From positions 4,580,862 through 4,644,861 of the forward strand of contig OY781964.1 in the NCBI GenBank assembly GCA_963677485.1: a DNA stretch of 64,000 nt, read 5' to 3'. Numbering within the stretch: position 1 is the first letter of the stretch; each line of letters starts with the position of its first letter. The notes beneath the pieces were generated by a model that was not told the origin of the DNA, did not search any database, and worked only from the letters and a program-made list of their open reading frames with translations. The DNA comes from Armatimonadota bacterium (lineage in GTDB: Bacteria; Armatimonadota; HRBIN16). Made by a program: the position numbers and the translations under genes. This document shows, in pieces, positions 29,927 through 38,945 of this stretch.

Positions 29927-31336
29927 CTACCTTAGACTGCTGGGCTGGGAGCTGACTGGCCAGTTGTCCGATCGAAAAGGCATCGCCGGGAATCCTGCTC
30001 CGTTGTAGAGGTTAATATCGGGAGAATCCGCCCATCCAAACCTGACGGCTACCGGCATCGACACATACACGCTGCTGGCCCACACGCGGTCGCCCACAAT
30101 AAAAGCATCAGCAGGGTACCATTTACGGTCCGACCCGGCGATGAAGAAATCACGGACCGTGCCTGATCTGCCTACAAGTCCACCCACGGTGTTCACAAAG
30201 CTCACCATCGCCTGGTTTCCCATCAGGGACAATTGGCTAAATTGAGGGCCTGTGTAATCTACAGGTAGTTTGTAGTGCTTGTTGATGGCGGTGAGTGCAA
30301 TACGCTGGGCAATCAACTTCTTGTATTGCGGTATCGAATCCGGCAGCTCTGACAGGTCGATGATGTTGACCAGTGTCGTCGATTTGGCGATCCGGGCGGC
30401 TGCCGATTGCGAATCCCGCATCTCTGCCCACAGGCTATTGTTGATAGATAGGGAAGTGGTCGTCTCTGTGTCAGAAGGCAGTTGCACCACCAAGAACGGC
30501 AGATCGTTGTTGCCCCAGTCTGCGCGCCAACCCTTGATTAAATCCGCCAGGTGAAATCGGTAGCGGAAAGCATCACCGATGTCGGCTTTGCCCTGATACC
30601 AAACAACACCTTTGACGGTGTATGGAACAAGAGCCGCAATCAGGCTGTTATACAACGCGTACTGGTCGAAGCGGCTCATTCTGCTCTTGGCGAAGACGCT
30701 GATACTGGCCTTTGTCTTGGGGCTCATCCATTGGGTAATCGCACTGCTATCTGCCGACACCACGATGATGCCAACCGGCACATTGAGCTGCTGTCGGAGC
30801 TGCCGACCGAAGAAATAGCCAATGGCACTGGTGTTTGCAGCAAACATGTTCTGTGCGGACATCCACGTTGGACTCGCATGTTTTAGTTGGCTAGGTTGAT
30901 CGGTAGATACTGTGAACAGATGCAGGCTGGAATCCGGCGCAGTGTTCACGAAGCTGGCATAATCGGACGTCTTCAATACCGGCACGCTCAGGTTCTCGTC
31001 GCCACATAGAAGCCACACTTCGCCTACATACACGTCGGTGATGTTGATCTCGTTGTTACCAGCTGCTGTCAGGGTATACGGTCCGCCTGCGGGCATCTGC
31101 TTCAGTTTAATGGACCATCGTCCATCAGTGCAGATGGTGTTGGCCTGCTGACCGTTAAGGCTCACAGCTATCTTTTCACCGCGAGATGCGGCTCCCCAGA
31201 TGGTCACCGGTGCATTACGTTGTATGACCATGCCATTAGAAAACTGCGGGCCTAATGACACATCGGCCATGATCTGTCCAGAACACAGTAACGCAATAAT
31301 CATGGTTAAGCAGGTTTGTTGGTATTTATTCATCAT
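29927..31336 (-). CDS. SASA (sialate O-acetylesterase)-family protein with degenerate catalytic motifs
   Basis: Signal peptide. Full-length homology to the neighbouring esterase, but GQSNM is replaced by GDENL, WGG by ADS, GESN by GKAD, and DIHP by DSIP. Confidence 0.7.
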   Translation of the reverse strand: MMNKYQQTCLTMIIALLCSGQIMADVSLGPQFSNGMVIQRNAPVTIWGAASRGEKIAVSLNGQQANTICTDGRWSIKLKQMPAGGPYTLTAAGNNEINITDVYVGEVWLLCGDENLSVPVLKTSDYASFVNTAPDSSLHLFTVSTDQPSQLKHASPTWMSAQNMFAANTSAIGYFFGRQLRQQLNVPVGIIVVSADSSAITQWMSPKTKASISVFAKSRMSRFDQYALYNSLIAALVPYTVKGVVWYQGKADIGDAFRYRFHLADLIKGWRADWGNNDLPFLVVQLPSDTETTTSLSINNSLWAEMRDSQSAAARIAKSTTLVNIIDLSELPDSIPQYKKLIAQRIALTAINKHYKLPVDYTGPQFSQLSLMGNQAMVSFVNTVGGLVGRSGTVRDFFIAGSDRKWYPADAFIVGDRVWASSVYVSMPVAVRFGWADSPDINLYNGAGFPAMPFRSDNWPVSSQPSSLR

Positions 31337-31449
31337 GTCTCTCCACCCTATATGACCGTTTACCGTTCAAGGTGTTACGTGCAAACGCGAGGAAGCCCCG
31401 CTGCAGTGTTGTCACTGCGACGGGGCTATAAGATATCTTGGGTGCTAGA

Positions 31450-32862
31450 TTATGGTTGTGTGACCAATTTCCAATCATCTGTACGGAAAGGAGATGCTGG
31501 CAAATCCTTGCCGTTATATAGATTGAGTATTGGATACATTCGCCAGCCGTATCGGACTGCGACAGGAGCAGATACAGCTGAGCTGGATACCACAACTGTG
31601 TTGCCTACGATAGTTGCATCCGCCCAGACAAACTTCTTGTCTGCTCCGGCGATGGTGAAGCCCGTTAGTTTTCCACCTTTGGCCACCAGACCGCCATCAG
31701 TATGATTGAACTTCAGTATGATTTGGCTGCCCTTGACGCTCAGACTTTTATAATCTGGGCCTGACCAGGCAACGTTCTTCATACCATAGGTTTTATTGAG
31801 GGCGATATAGGCCAGGCGCTCGCCGACGGGTTGTTTGTTTCTGGGATGGATGTCCACAGCATCGCCTACATCAGTGATGACTGCCATGCCTGAATTCTTT
31901 ACATTTTTGGCCACCATGAGCTGTGACTCACGAGTGTCAGACCAAGCGCATTCTGCTGGATCGGCCGGATCACCCGCTGATAGGAATGGTGCCAGTTGGA
32001 CGCTGAGGAAAGGGAAGTCTCCCTGTTTCCAGTTTTCGCGCCAGTCTTTAATCATGTTGGTATGTTCATACCGGTAGTTGTAGCCGTTGCCAGCATTCGA
32101 TTCACCTTGGTACCAAATGGCTCCGCGAATGCCATAGGGGATCACGGGAGCGATCATGCCGTTATATAGACATGAGGGCACGTGTGGCAGCTGACCAGCG
32201 ATTGATGGGTCGATTTTGATGAGGTTTTGCTCTTGGTCGATCATGCGCTTGCTGGTCCATGCTTCGACCAGTGTGCCGCCCCAGGAACTGTTGATCACGC
32301 CTACAGGCACTTTCAGCACTTGCCGTAAGTATCGGCCGAAGTAGTATCCCACTGCACTGAATGGACCAGCCGTGTGATAACTGCTGCGGGTCCACTGCGA
32401 TTTGACGTCTGTTATCGGTTGTTCCTTGGCCGTCAGCGGCACTTGAAACAGGCGAAGCTCGGTATCCGTAGATGCCTTCATGGCCTTCTCGGCATCAAGG
32501 CAGACCGATAAGCTTAACTGCATGTTGGATTGGCCGCTGCAGACCCATACTTCGCCTACAAGAATGTCTTTACACTCTACATAGTTGGTGCCAATCACCG
32601 ATAGCGTGTAGGGACCACCTGCTTTCATGGCAGGCAATCTGACCATCCAGGTTCCATCCTTGGATACGGTATTCACTCGAGCATTACCTAGCTTTACCGT
32701 GATTTTTTCACCGACCGCGGCAGTACCCCAGACGGGGATGAGCCGGTCGCGCTGCAATACGGCACCATCGGTAAACATTCCACTTAGCTGCACATCAGCC
32801 TGCACCTGGGTGAAAAGACCGAGGGATGCGATAGCTAGCGCGATTGGTAGTACAAGTTTCAT
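31450..32862 (-). CDS. Sialate O-acetylesterase-family (SASA, SGNH-type) carbohydrate acetylesterase
   Basis: Signal peptide. Intact motifs GEVWVCSGQSNM, SSWGGT, WYQGESN and DIHPRNK. Confidence 0.8.
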   Translation of the reverse strand: MKLVLPIALAIASLGLFTQVQADVQLSGMFTDGAVLQRDRLIPVWGTAAVGEKITVKLGNARVNTVSKDGTWMVRLPAMKAGGPYTLSVIGTNYVECKDILVGEVWVCSGQSNMQLSLSVCLDAEKAMKASTDTELRLFQVPLTAKEQPITDVKSQWTRSSYHTAGPFSAVGYYFGRYLRQVLKVPVGVINSSWGGTLVEAWTSKRMIDQEQNLIKIDPSIAGQLPHVPSCLYNGMIAPVIPYGIRGAIWYQGESNAGNGYNYRYEHTNMIKDWRENWKQGDFPFLSVQLAPFLSAGDPADPAECAWSDTRESQLMVAKNVKNSGMAVITDVGDAVDIHPRNKQPVGERLAYIALNKTYGMKNVAWSGPDYKSLSVKGSQIILKFNHTDGGLVAKGGKLTGFTIAGADKKFVWADATIVGNTVVVSSSAVSAPVAVRYGWRMYPILNLYNGKDLPASPFRTDDWKLVTQP

Positions 32863-32883
32863 TCGATCGTCCTTCTAGTTATG

Positions 32884-34242
32884 TTAGTTTATGTATGTAA
32901 CGGTTCCGTTAGCATCGACCTTATATCCCCACTTGGCAATATAGTAGTTGCCAGGCAGGAATGAGTCACCGATGCTTTTCAACTTCGCCGTTAGCTCTTG
33001 ATCCAGCTTCTGTTGTAGTTTGGCATGGGCTGGGATGTTGGCCAGGTTGTTCATTTGATAGGGATCCTGGTGGTTGTCATATAACAGCCACGGACCGTCC
33101 AGTGTGCGCACATAGGTATACCGGCGCGTTCGCAGCCCGCGGTATTCGCGGCCGCCATTACGCCGTTCCCATTCACCAAACGGTGAAATGCACTCAATCA
33201 GTACCGGGTTATCGTCTTTCGACAGTCTGCCGGATATAACTTCCGAAAAGTCGTCGCCTTCAACGCTGGCAGGGATAGGAAGACCGCATAAACCAAGCAG
33301 GGTGGGCATCAAGTCAGGCGTGCCAATCGGCATGTCGATCTTCTTGCCGGTCCGGCCCAGGCGTTGCGGCCATCGGAGAAGCAGGGGAACCATGATCGCC
33401 TCGTCCCATGGACGTTGTTTGCGGACTTGGTTCTGTGAGCCCAGCATTTCGCCGTGGTCTGATGTGAGCACAAAGATGGTGTTCTCAGCCAGGCCTGTTT
33501 CCTCTAGAGTCTTCCTCAGAGATCCCACAGCGGCATCCATCGCGGCGATGTGACTGTAGTAGCCTGCCAGGTCTTTACGCAGGTCCTGGGTCACATTGGG
33601 ACGCTGCTGCAGTGCGGCTGGGTCGAACATATCTTGAAAGCCTTTAGGAGCTGTTTCAAACGGGTTATGAGGCGGTCCCCAAGATAGGAACATACAGAAC
33701 GGTTTTGTATCTTTGGCATAGTCATGAAGCAGATCGCAGGCATCTTTGGTCTGTGCCGTCAGGTCATACCCATCCCAGATGCGCGCTTTACGGTCGTTAT
33801 CTGCATAGTAAGGGCTGTTGTTATAGTCATGGGTACATTCCAGCACTTTCCAGTAGTCAAAGCCCTGGCGTCGTTCCTTGGGGATATAGTTGCTGCGGCC
33901 GTGCCCATCGATATGCCATTTGCCGATATACGCGGTCTTGTAGCCGCCCTGCTTGAATACCTCAGCTATGGAAGTGGCCCGGTTGCTCAGGCACACATCA
34001 TTAACAAACAGCCCGTGAGTATGTGGATACTGACCAGTGAGCAATGAACCGCGGTAGGGGGTACACACGGGGCATGTGCTGACAGCGTTCGCGAAATTCA
34101 CGCTCTCGGAAGCGAGTGCATCAATATGGTCCGTCTTACCCTTTAAGTTCGGGTCGCCTGCATATCCCGCGGCTTGCGCGCGCCATTGGTCAGCGAAAAC
34201 AAACACGAGGTTGGGCCTATTCGATTTGGATGCTAAAGACAT
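32884..34242 (-). CDS. Cys-type sulfatase (arylsulfatase family)
   Basis: ATG 34242 with GGAG SD. NLVFVFADQ start. Formylglycine motif CTPYRGSLLTG (C-x-P-x-R). Later blocks GKWH and SDHGE. No signal peptide at this start. Confidence 0.85.
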   Translation of the reverse strand: MSLASKSNRPNLVFVFADQWRAQAAGYAGDPNLKGKTDHIDALASESVNFANAVSTCPVCTPYRGSLLTGQYPHTHGLFVNDVCLSNRATSIAEVFKQGGYKTAYIGKWHIDGHGRSNYIPKERRQGFDYWKVLECTHDYNNSPYYADNDRKARIWDGYDLTAQTKDACDLLHDYAKDTKPFCMFLSWGPPHNPFETAPKGFQDMFDPAALQQRPNVTQDLRKDLAGYYSHIAAMDAAVGSLRKTLEETGLAENTIFVLTSDHGEMLGSQNQVRKQRPWDEAIMVPLLLRWPQRLGRTGKKIDMPIGTPDLMPTLLGLCGLPIPASVEGDDFSEVISGRLSKDDNPVLIECISPFGEWERRNGGREYRGLRTRRYTYVRTLDGPWLLYDNHQDPYQMNNLANIPAHAKLQQKLDQELTAKLKSIGDSFLPGNYYIAKWGYKVDANGTVTYIN

Positions 34243-34300
34243 ATATTCATCTCCATAATGCTGAAGAGCTGTTGGTATTAGTATAGCCAATCTAGTTTCG

Positions 34301-35272
34301 TTAAGTTTGCTCTGAATCCCTGCCTTGCATATAGTCTGCAGCACGTAAATAGCTTGTTTCATATGATGCAGGGGCGTCAAGCGGAATTTCAAACAACCGT
34401 CCACCTCTTAAGTCGTGCTTGTGCGGTTCTGGCAAGCCATAGGTACCCCAACCGATGCTGCCGCCATATCCCATTTTGATGCCATACCAATCACCCGCGA
34501 ATGTGTTAGTGTGGTCGTGACCGACAAACATTCCCATGATGTTTCCTTGCTCCAGCATGGCTGTAGCAAGGCCAGAGTTCAGTGCGGGTGCACAGATGGG
34601 CTCATTCATGGCATCCACAAACAGCGATTGGGCGGCCACTTCGTGGTATTCGGGTAAGGGGATATGGAAATATGCCAAGCCAGGGATAACTTGCTTGAAG
34701 CACTCTTCGTGCCATTTCGATTGGTCGATGAACCACTCAACCTGCTGATGACTAATCCAGCCGTAGCCGGATATCTCTTTGGCTTTCATATCAACGGGCG
34801 GATAATCCAAAGAATCAAACAGCCAGATCGCAAGGTCAGGGTGTTCAGCGTGCCGAGAGATAAATAGAACATCGTTGCCGCATCCCGGTATGCTGCTTAG
34901 TATGTCACGGTTGATGTTGCCTGGTAGGGCTCGGTATTGCTCCAAGAGTTCGCGTTTGGTCATACCCAACTTGTCGATACGCTCTGCATCATGGTTACCC
35001 ATGGTCATGGCCCAGGGTACATTCGCTTTGATGCATGGCCCGGCGGCTTGCTTCACCGCTTCAATCAACTGTTTCTTGCTGGTGCAGTCTGGTGCACATG
35101 CGCAGTCGCCCGTGAGAACTACCATGTCTGGCTTGACACCGTCTATCATGGCGGACATCCCGATGGCTGTCTGCGGATGTATCGCCGCTCCATGGTGGAG
35201 GTCCGTGAACTGAAGAAGCCGGAATGCTCGGTCGTGATGAAACTGGTAAGTACGTTGCTCGGTGATGACCAT
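34301..35272 (-). CDS. Calcineurin-like metallophosphoesterase
   Basis: Motifs FTDLHHG, LTGDC, GNHD and GHDHTN. The ATG 35272 start is preferred because of AAGGGGA 6 nt upstream. The track ORF extends to GTG 35329. Confidence 0.75.
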   Translation of the reverse strand: MVITEQRTYQFHHDRAFRLLQFTDLHHGAAIHPQTAIGMSAMIDGVKPDMVVLTGDCACAPDCTSKKQLIEAVKQAAGPCIKANVPWAMTMGNHDAERIDKLGMTKRELLEQYRALPGNINRDILSSIPGCGNDVLFISRHAEHPDLAIWLFDSLDYPPVDMKAKEISGYGWISHQQVEWFIDQSKWHEECFKQVIPGLAYFHIPLPEYHEVAAQSLFVDAMNEPICAPALNSGLATAMLEQGNIMGMFVGHDHTNTFAGDWYGIKMGYGGSIGWGTYGLPEPHKHDLRGGRLFEIPLDAPASYETSYLRAADYMQGRDSEQT

Positions 35273-35372
35273 CGGTTTTCCCCTTGGCATAGTATTGAGT
35301 TCACGGTACAATGTAGCACTATGGACCACAATATCTCAATGCTGCCTGAAGGTAATGATGAAGGAGTATCAA

Positions 35373-35894
35373 ATGGAGCTATCCGAGGCGATCGCAAAAC
35401 GACACAGCTATCGAGGCAAATATCAAGACCAACTTGTGTCGAGGGAAGACCTGGAAACTATTGTGAAGGCCGGCTTAATGGCCCCCTCAGGATGCAACTC
35501 GCAGAGCACCAGCTTTGTGATTGTTGACGATCCTGCGGTGCTTGATCCTATCAAGACTCTGCTGGCTGGTAAGCAGCGCTTTGACAGCCCCGCACTGATC
35601 GCGTGCGTCATCGACCCGAAAGTTCTCCCCAACGGTATGCATTTTGAGCTGGAAGACTGCTCCGCTGCCGTGGAGAACATGCTGCTGACCATCACCGCGA
35701 TGGGGTTCGCCACTGTGTGGCTGGATGGGGCCCTGCGAGGCGGTCTCGATAAACAGATCGGTGACTTGCTGGGCGTTCCTGAGGATAAGCAGGTGCGGAT
35801 ACTTCTGCCCGTCGGCGTACCGGTCACTGTTGGCAGACCAGCCCCTAAGAAGCCTTTCGAGCAGCGCGCCTGGTTCAACCGCTACGGCGGGTAG
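35373..35894 (+). CDS. Nitroreductase family protein
   Basis: ATG 35373 with AAGGAG SD 6 nt upstream. MELSEAIAKRHSYRGKY... is the typical nitroreductase N-terminus (R.S.R). ~173 aa. Confidence 0.8.
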   Translation: MELSEAIAKRHSYRGKYQDQLVSREDLETIVKAGLMAPSGCNSQSTSFVIVDDPAVLDPIKTLLAGKQRFDSPALIACVIDPKVLPNGMHFELEDCSAAVENMLLTITAMGFATVWLDGALRGGLDKQIGDLLGVPEDKQVRILLPVGVPVTVGRPAPKKPFEQRAWFNRYGG

Positions 35895-35914
35895 GGGGGG
35901 GTGGAAAGGCTTTG

Positions 35915-36045
35915 GCTGTGTCCGGGGCGGTCTGTGCGTAGGCTAGCGTCTGCAGAAGGTTCAAGACCGCGCCGGTCTGGCGGTTAGCCTGGACGATTCA
36001 TGACGGAAACAAGACCGGTGTGGTCAGCAGACTGCAGGCATTACC
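35915..36045. repeat. Second, partly decayed copy of the composite palindromic element
   Basis: 35915-35988 aligns to 29701-29774 without gaps at 64/74 identities (hand count), in the same orientation. 36010-36045 retains a degraded inverted unit (aagaccggtgtggtc...ctgcaggc) that lacks the terminal arm. Confidence 0.6.
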
Positions 36046-36102
36046 AACAATCGCCTGAGCATAACAAACCTTGCTACGCTCAAATGAAAGCGAGTATGCT
36101 TC

Positions 36103-37596
36103 GTGAGGAATGAGTTATTATCTCAGACGATAGCTGTGAAGTATGCACAGTTCTGCAAGGCCAAGCAACGGACTATCAAAGGCCTAAACATATCTGTGAC
36201 TGCAGGTCCGATATACCATCCGGCCTATCTGGAGCGAGCAGCAAAGCGCACCAACACCTATCGTCTGGATGATTTACTGCGCGGCTGCCTGTATGCACCG
36301 GCGCATGTAGCCAACGGCTATCGGGTCATTTTGAAGGAGCACTACCGACAAATCAGGCCCAAACCGAACTATCAGCAGCTTTCAGCGATGGCATACGGGA
36401 TATTGTGGAGCGGTATCGCTTACGAACTGTGCCGATTTTCGGGCTATACACCTCCTTTACCGGTAGATTGGCGTGACTTTCAACGTGCAGATATGGATGA
36501 TGGCGTTTATGATATCGCCGTAATCCGTCCGTTTGATATCTGGACGTTGTGGGGCCATTTTAGAGAGTTCCGGTTGTTGAAAAATGATGCGTTCACGCAA
36601 GCGGAACAGCACGCTATTCGGCGATTTGCAGTCGTGCCACTGCTATCTCAAGTTAATTCTTTGTCCGTGCCTTATCTAGACGAGGTCATGAGTGGTTTGT
36701 CAGCAAACACTACCACCCACAGACCGCGAGTGCCATTGATGACATGCTCACTAACACAAACGAAACGACCTCATCACAAAGCCGCTAGAGGCATGGTACG
36801 GGCTCACAAAACTAAAGCACCAATACTGAATGCTGATCTCGTCAATACGGTGACTGAAAAGTATGCGCAGTTCCAAAAAGCCAAGAACAAGACGCTTAAG
36901 CAAATGGGTGTTCATGTGCCACCTGGACAGATACTGCATCCGGCATACCTTAAGCGTGAAGCGGAGCGGACGGACTACTATCAGTTGAACGCGATGTTGA
37001 GAGGCTGCATGTTGGCACCGCTTGATGTTGCCAGCGGGTACTGGGAAATACTGGACCTGTATTACAGCAAGATCAAACCAGAGCCTACCTGCAAGCAACT
37101 AATGGCGATGTTTTATGGAGTGATGTGGAGCGGTTTTGCTGCCGAGTTGCTGGAATACTCAGGGATCCACCCATCAATGCCTTTCAGATGGCAAGACTAC
37201 CAACGTCAAGACATAAGTTTTAACGAGTTTGATGCAAACTACGAGATAGAGCCGTGGTCGCTGTTCATTGACATCCAACGGATCATCATGTGCCGGATTG
37301 ATACACTCACGCCGATGCAGCAAAGGCTCTACCAGAGGGTGTTGCTGGATTTGGTTTTATTTCAAGTGGTAGAGCTGGACATACCGATTCTTGCTCAATA
37401 TGTTTCTGTGCTACTGGAACACATGGATTTGTTCGATAATCTGATCACGTCCATAGATATCGAGCACATGCCTGCGAAGTGGTATAAATCAGAACTACAT
37501 CTATCGGTAGTGGAGCAGACGAGAGCCATCCTGGCCAAATATGAGCAGTATGCCCAAGCCGAAGAGCATTCGGGGGCTGGCCCAGCCCCTGTATAA
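36103..37596 (+). CDS. Hypothetical 497-aa cytoplasmic protein made of two tandem copies of an unknown ~215-aa domain
   Basis: GTG start. Residues ~5-215 and ~245-455 align colinearly, for example KYAQFCKAKQRTIKGL...YHPAYLERAAKRTNTYRLDDLLRGC versus KYAQFQKAKNKTLKQM...LHPAYLKREAERTDYYQLNAMLRGC. A basic linker joins the copies. No TM helix or signal peptide. Confidence 0.6.
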   Translation: MRNELLSQTIAVKYAQFCKAKQRTIKGLNISVTAGPIYHPAYLERAAKRTNTYRLDDLLRGCLYAPAHVANGYRVILKEHYRQIRPKPNYQQLSAMAYGILWSGIAYELCRFSGYTPPLPVDWRDFQRADMDDGVYDIAVIRPFDIWTLWGHFREFRLLKNDAFTQAEQHAIRRFAVVPLLSQVNSLSVPYLDEVMSGLSANTTTHRPRVPLMTCSLTQTKRPHHKAARGMVRAHKTKAPILNADLVNTVTEKYAQFQKAKNKTLKQMGVHVPPGQILHPAYLKREAERTDYYQLNAMLRGCMLAPLDVASGYWEILDLYYSKIKPEPTCKQLMAMFYGVMWSGFAAELLEYSGIHPSMPFRWQDYQRQDISFNEFDANYEIEPWSLFIDIQRIIMCRIDTLTPMQQRLYQRVLLDLVLFQVVELDIPILAQYVSVLLEHMDLFDNLITSIDIEHMPAKWYKSELHLSVVEQTRAILAKYEQYAQAEEHSGAGPAPV

Positions 37597-37604
37597 ACCG
37601 AACG

Positions 37605-38945
37605 CTACCTCGGCTTCACGAAGCCGACGCTCTTGAGCTTCAGCCAGCGGCCAGGGACATCCTTCGGTTCGGGCATGATGGCCAGACGGGTGATCAAGCC
37701 CTTATACTCCGCATTCGCGCCGAGGTGGACTTCATACACGTGATACTTACCGTCGTCGATCACGGGGATGCTGACGGTGGTCTGGGCACTAAAGGGTTGA
37801 CCATCTCTGCGCTGCCACATCACACTCGCGCTTTTCTGCCCGGGTGAGAACGCGGCTTTGATGTAAAGCACAGGGTTCTTCGCGGCTACCCAACACCACA
37901 ACTGACCGTTTATGGTTGCACTCGCTTTGCTGATGTCGATGTTCAGCTCACCCTTGATGGGCCAGCCGGCATCTGTGGCGTTTCGATAGGCCCAATAGTG
38001 GCGGTCGTTCTTGAACACCCAGTTGGGATGTTCGGCAGGCTTGCGTTGTTTATAGATATAGCCACGTATCTCGTCCACGGTGCCCAGTATGAGGGTGTAC
38101 TGGAAGCTCGTGTCGATATTCCAGTCGATCACCTGATCCTGCTGCGGAGCGATATAGCCGGTCGGGCCATCTTTTGGGCCGCCTGAGCCAGGCACTCCGG
38201 CAAATCCCGCGGAGAAGTTATAACATGTAGGCTCATACATCCCAAGACCCCAGCCATCTTTATCTACCAGGGCCGCCCAGTTCTCAGTAGCGTGCCAGTG
38301 TTTCGGCCACCAGATCACGGGGTTCTCGGTCACCTTGTCGCCAGTGAATGGCTTGTCGCCGTCGTAGGTAAACACACGGTACCAGGGGCCGTTGGTGTAG
38401 ATGGCGGGCAGCTCCTGGAAGCGGGCTTCATACTGCTTCTTGTCCGGGCGGTTGTTCAGCATCCGGCTTTTAATCTGCGCGGTGTTTCCTTTGAGTGTGA
38501 TCCAGCACTCGTAGATACACTCACCGGGCACATTGTCCAAAGGCCAGGGCATGGGGATGCACTTCACATACAGGCTGTTGCCAGATTTCTTGTGATCCAG
38601 CACCTTGGAGCCATGGCCGAAGCAGTCGCCAGCTTGGATTGGGTTCCAGCCAATGGTGACCCATGCTTCCTGCGCCTTCTTGCCGTTAGGTTCAAACGGC
38701 ACAGGACCAGCATAATGCGACATTTGAATTTGGCGTCCAAAGTCGAAGCTGTTGACCATGTTAAGCTCGGATCCAGATTTAGATAGGTAGGTGATCGCCC
38801 CGCCAAGGTCCAGGTTGATGCCCAGTTTGATCTTGCCGTTGTCGATGTAGCTCATGTTTTCTGCCATGACTGCACCCCCTGTGATATTAAGTATACAAAG
38901 TATAGCAGCCGCTATTAGGAAACGCTTATGCCAGGTGTCTGTCAT
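37605..38945 (-). CDS. Paralog 1 of an unknown exported protein family (Sec-type signal peptide)
   Basis: ATGA overlap with the paralog 2 stop. Signal peptide MTDTWHKRFLIAAAILCILNITGGAVMA|EN. Shares all family blocks (GRQIQMSHY, GWNPIQAGD, VPGEC..ECW, QELPAIYTNGPW, GGPKDGPTGYIAP). Confidence 0.7.
   Translation of the reverse strand: MTDTWHKRFLIAAAILCILNITGGAVMAENMSYIDNGKIKLGINLDLGGAITYLSKSGSELNMVNSFDFGRQIQMSHYAGPVPFEPNGKKAQEAWVTIGWNPIQAGDCFGHGSKVLDHKKSGNSLYVKCIPMPWPLDNVPGECIYECWITLKGNTAQIKSRMLNNRPDKKQYEARFQELPAIYTNGPWYRVFTYDGDKPFTGDKVTENPVIWWPKHWHATENWAALVDKDGWGLGMYEPTCYNFSAGFAGVPGSGGPKDGPTGYIAPQQDQVIDWNIDTSFQYTLILGTVDEIRGYIYKQRKPAEHPNWVFKNDRHYWAYRNATDAGWPIKGELNIDISKASATINGQLWCWVAAKNPVLYIKAAFSPGQKSASVMWQRRDGQPFSAQTTVSIPVIDDGKYHVYEVHLGANAEYKGLITRLAIMPEPKDVPGRWLKLKSVGFVKPR

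Noticed and set aside
35893-35900. G8 homopolymer (with neighbouring GGG/GG tracts) right after the nitroreductase stop, considered as a phase-variation tract or G-quadruplex.
   Set aside because: It lies outside any coding region and not between recognisable -35/-10 elements, so a slipped-strand switch has no obvious target. G4 potential is speculative. It is mentioned only as the 5' neighbour of the repeat copy.
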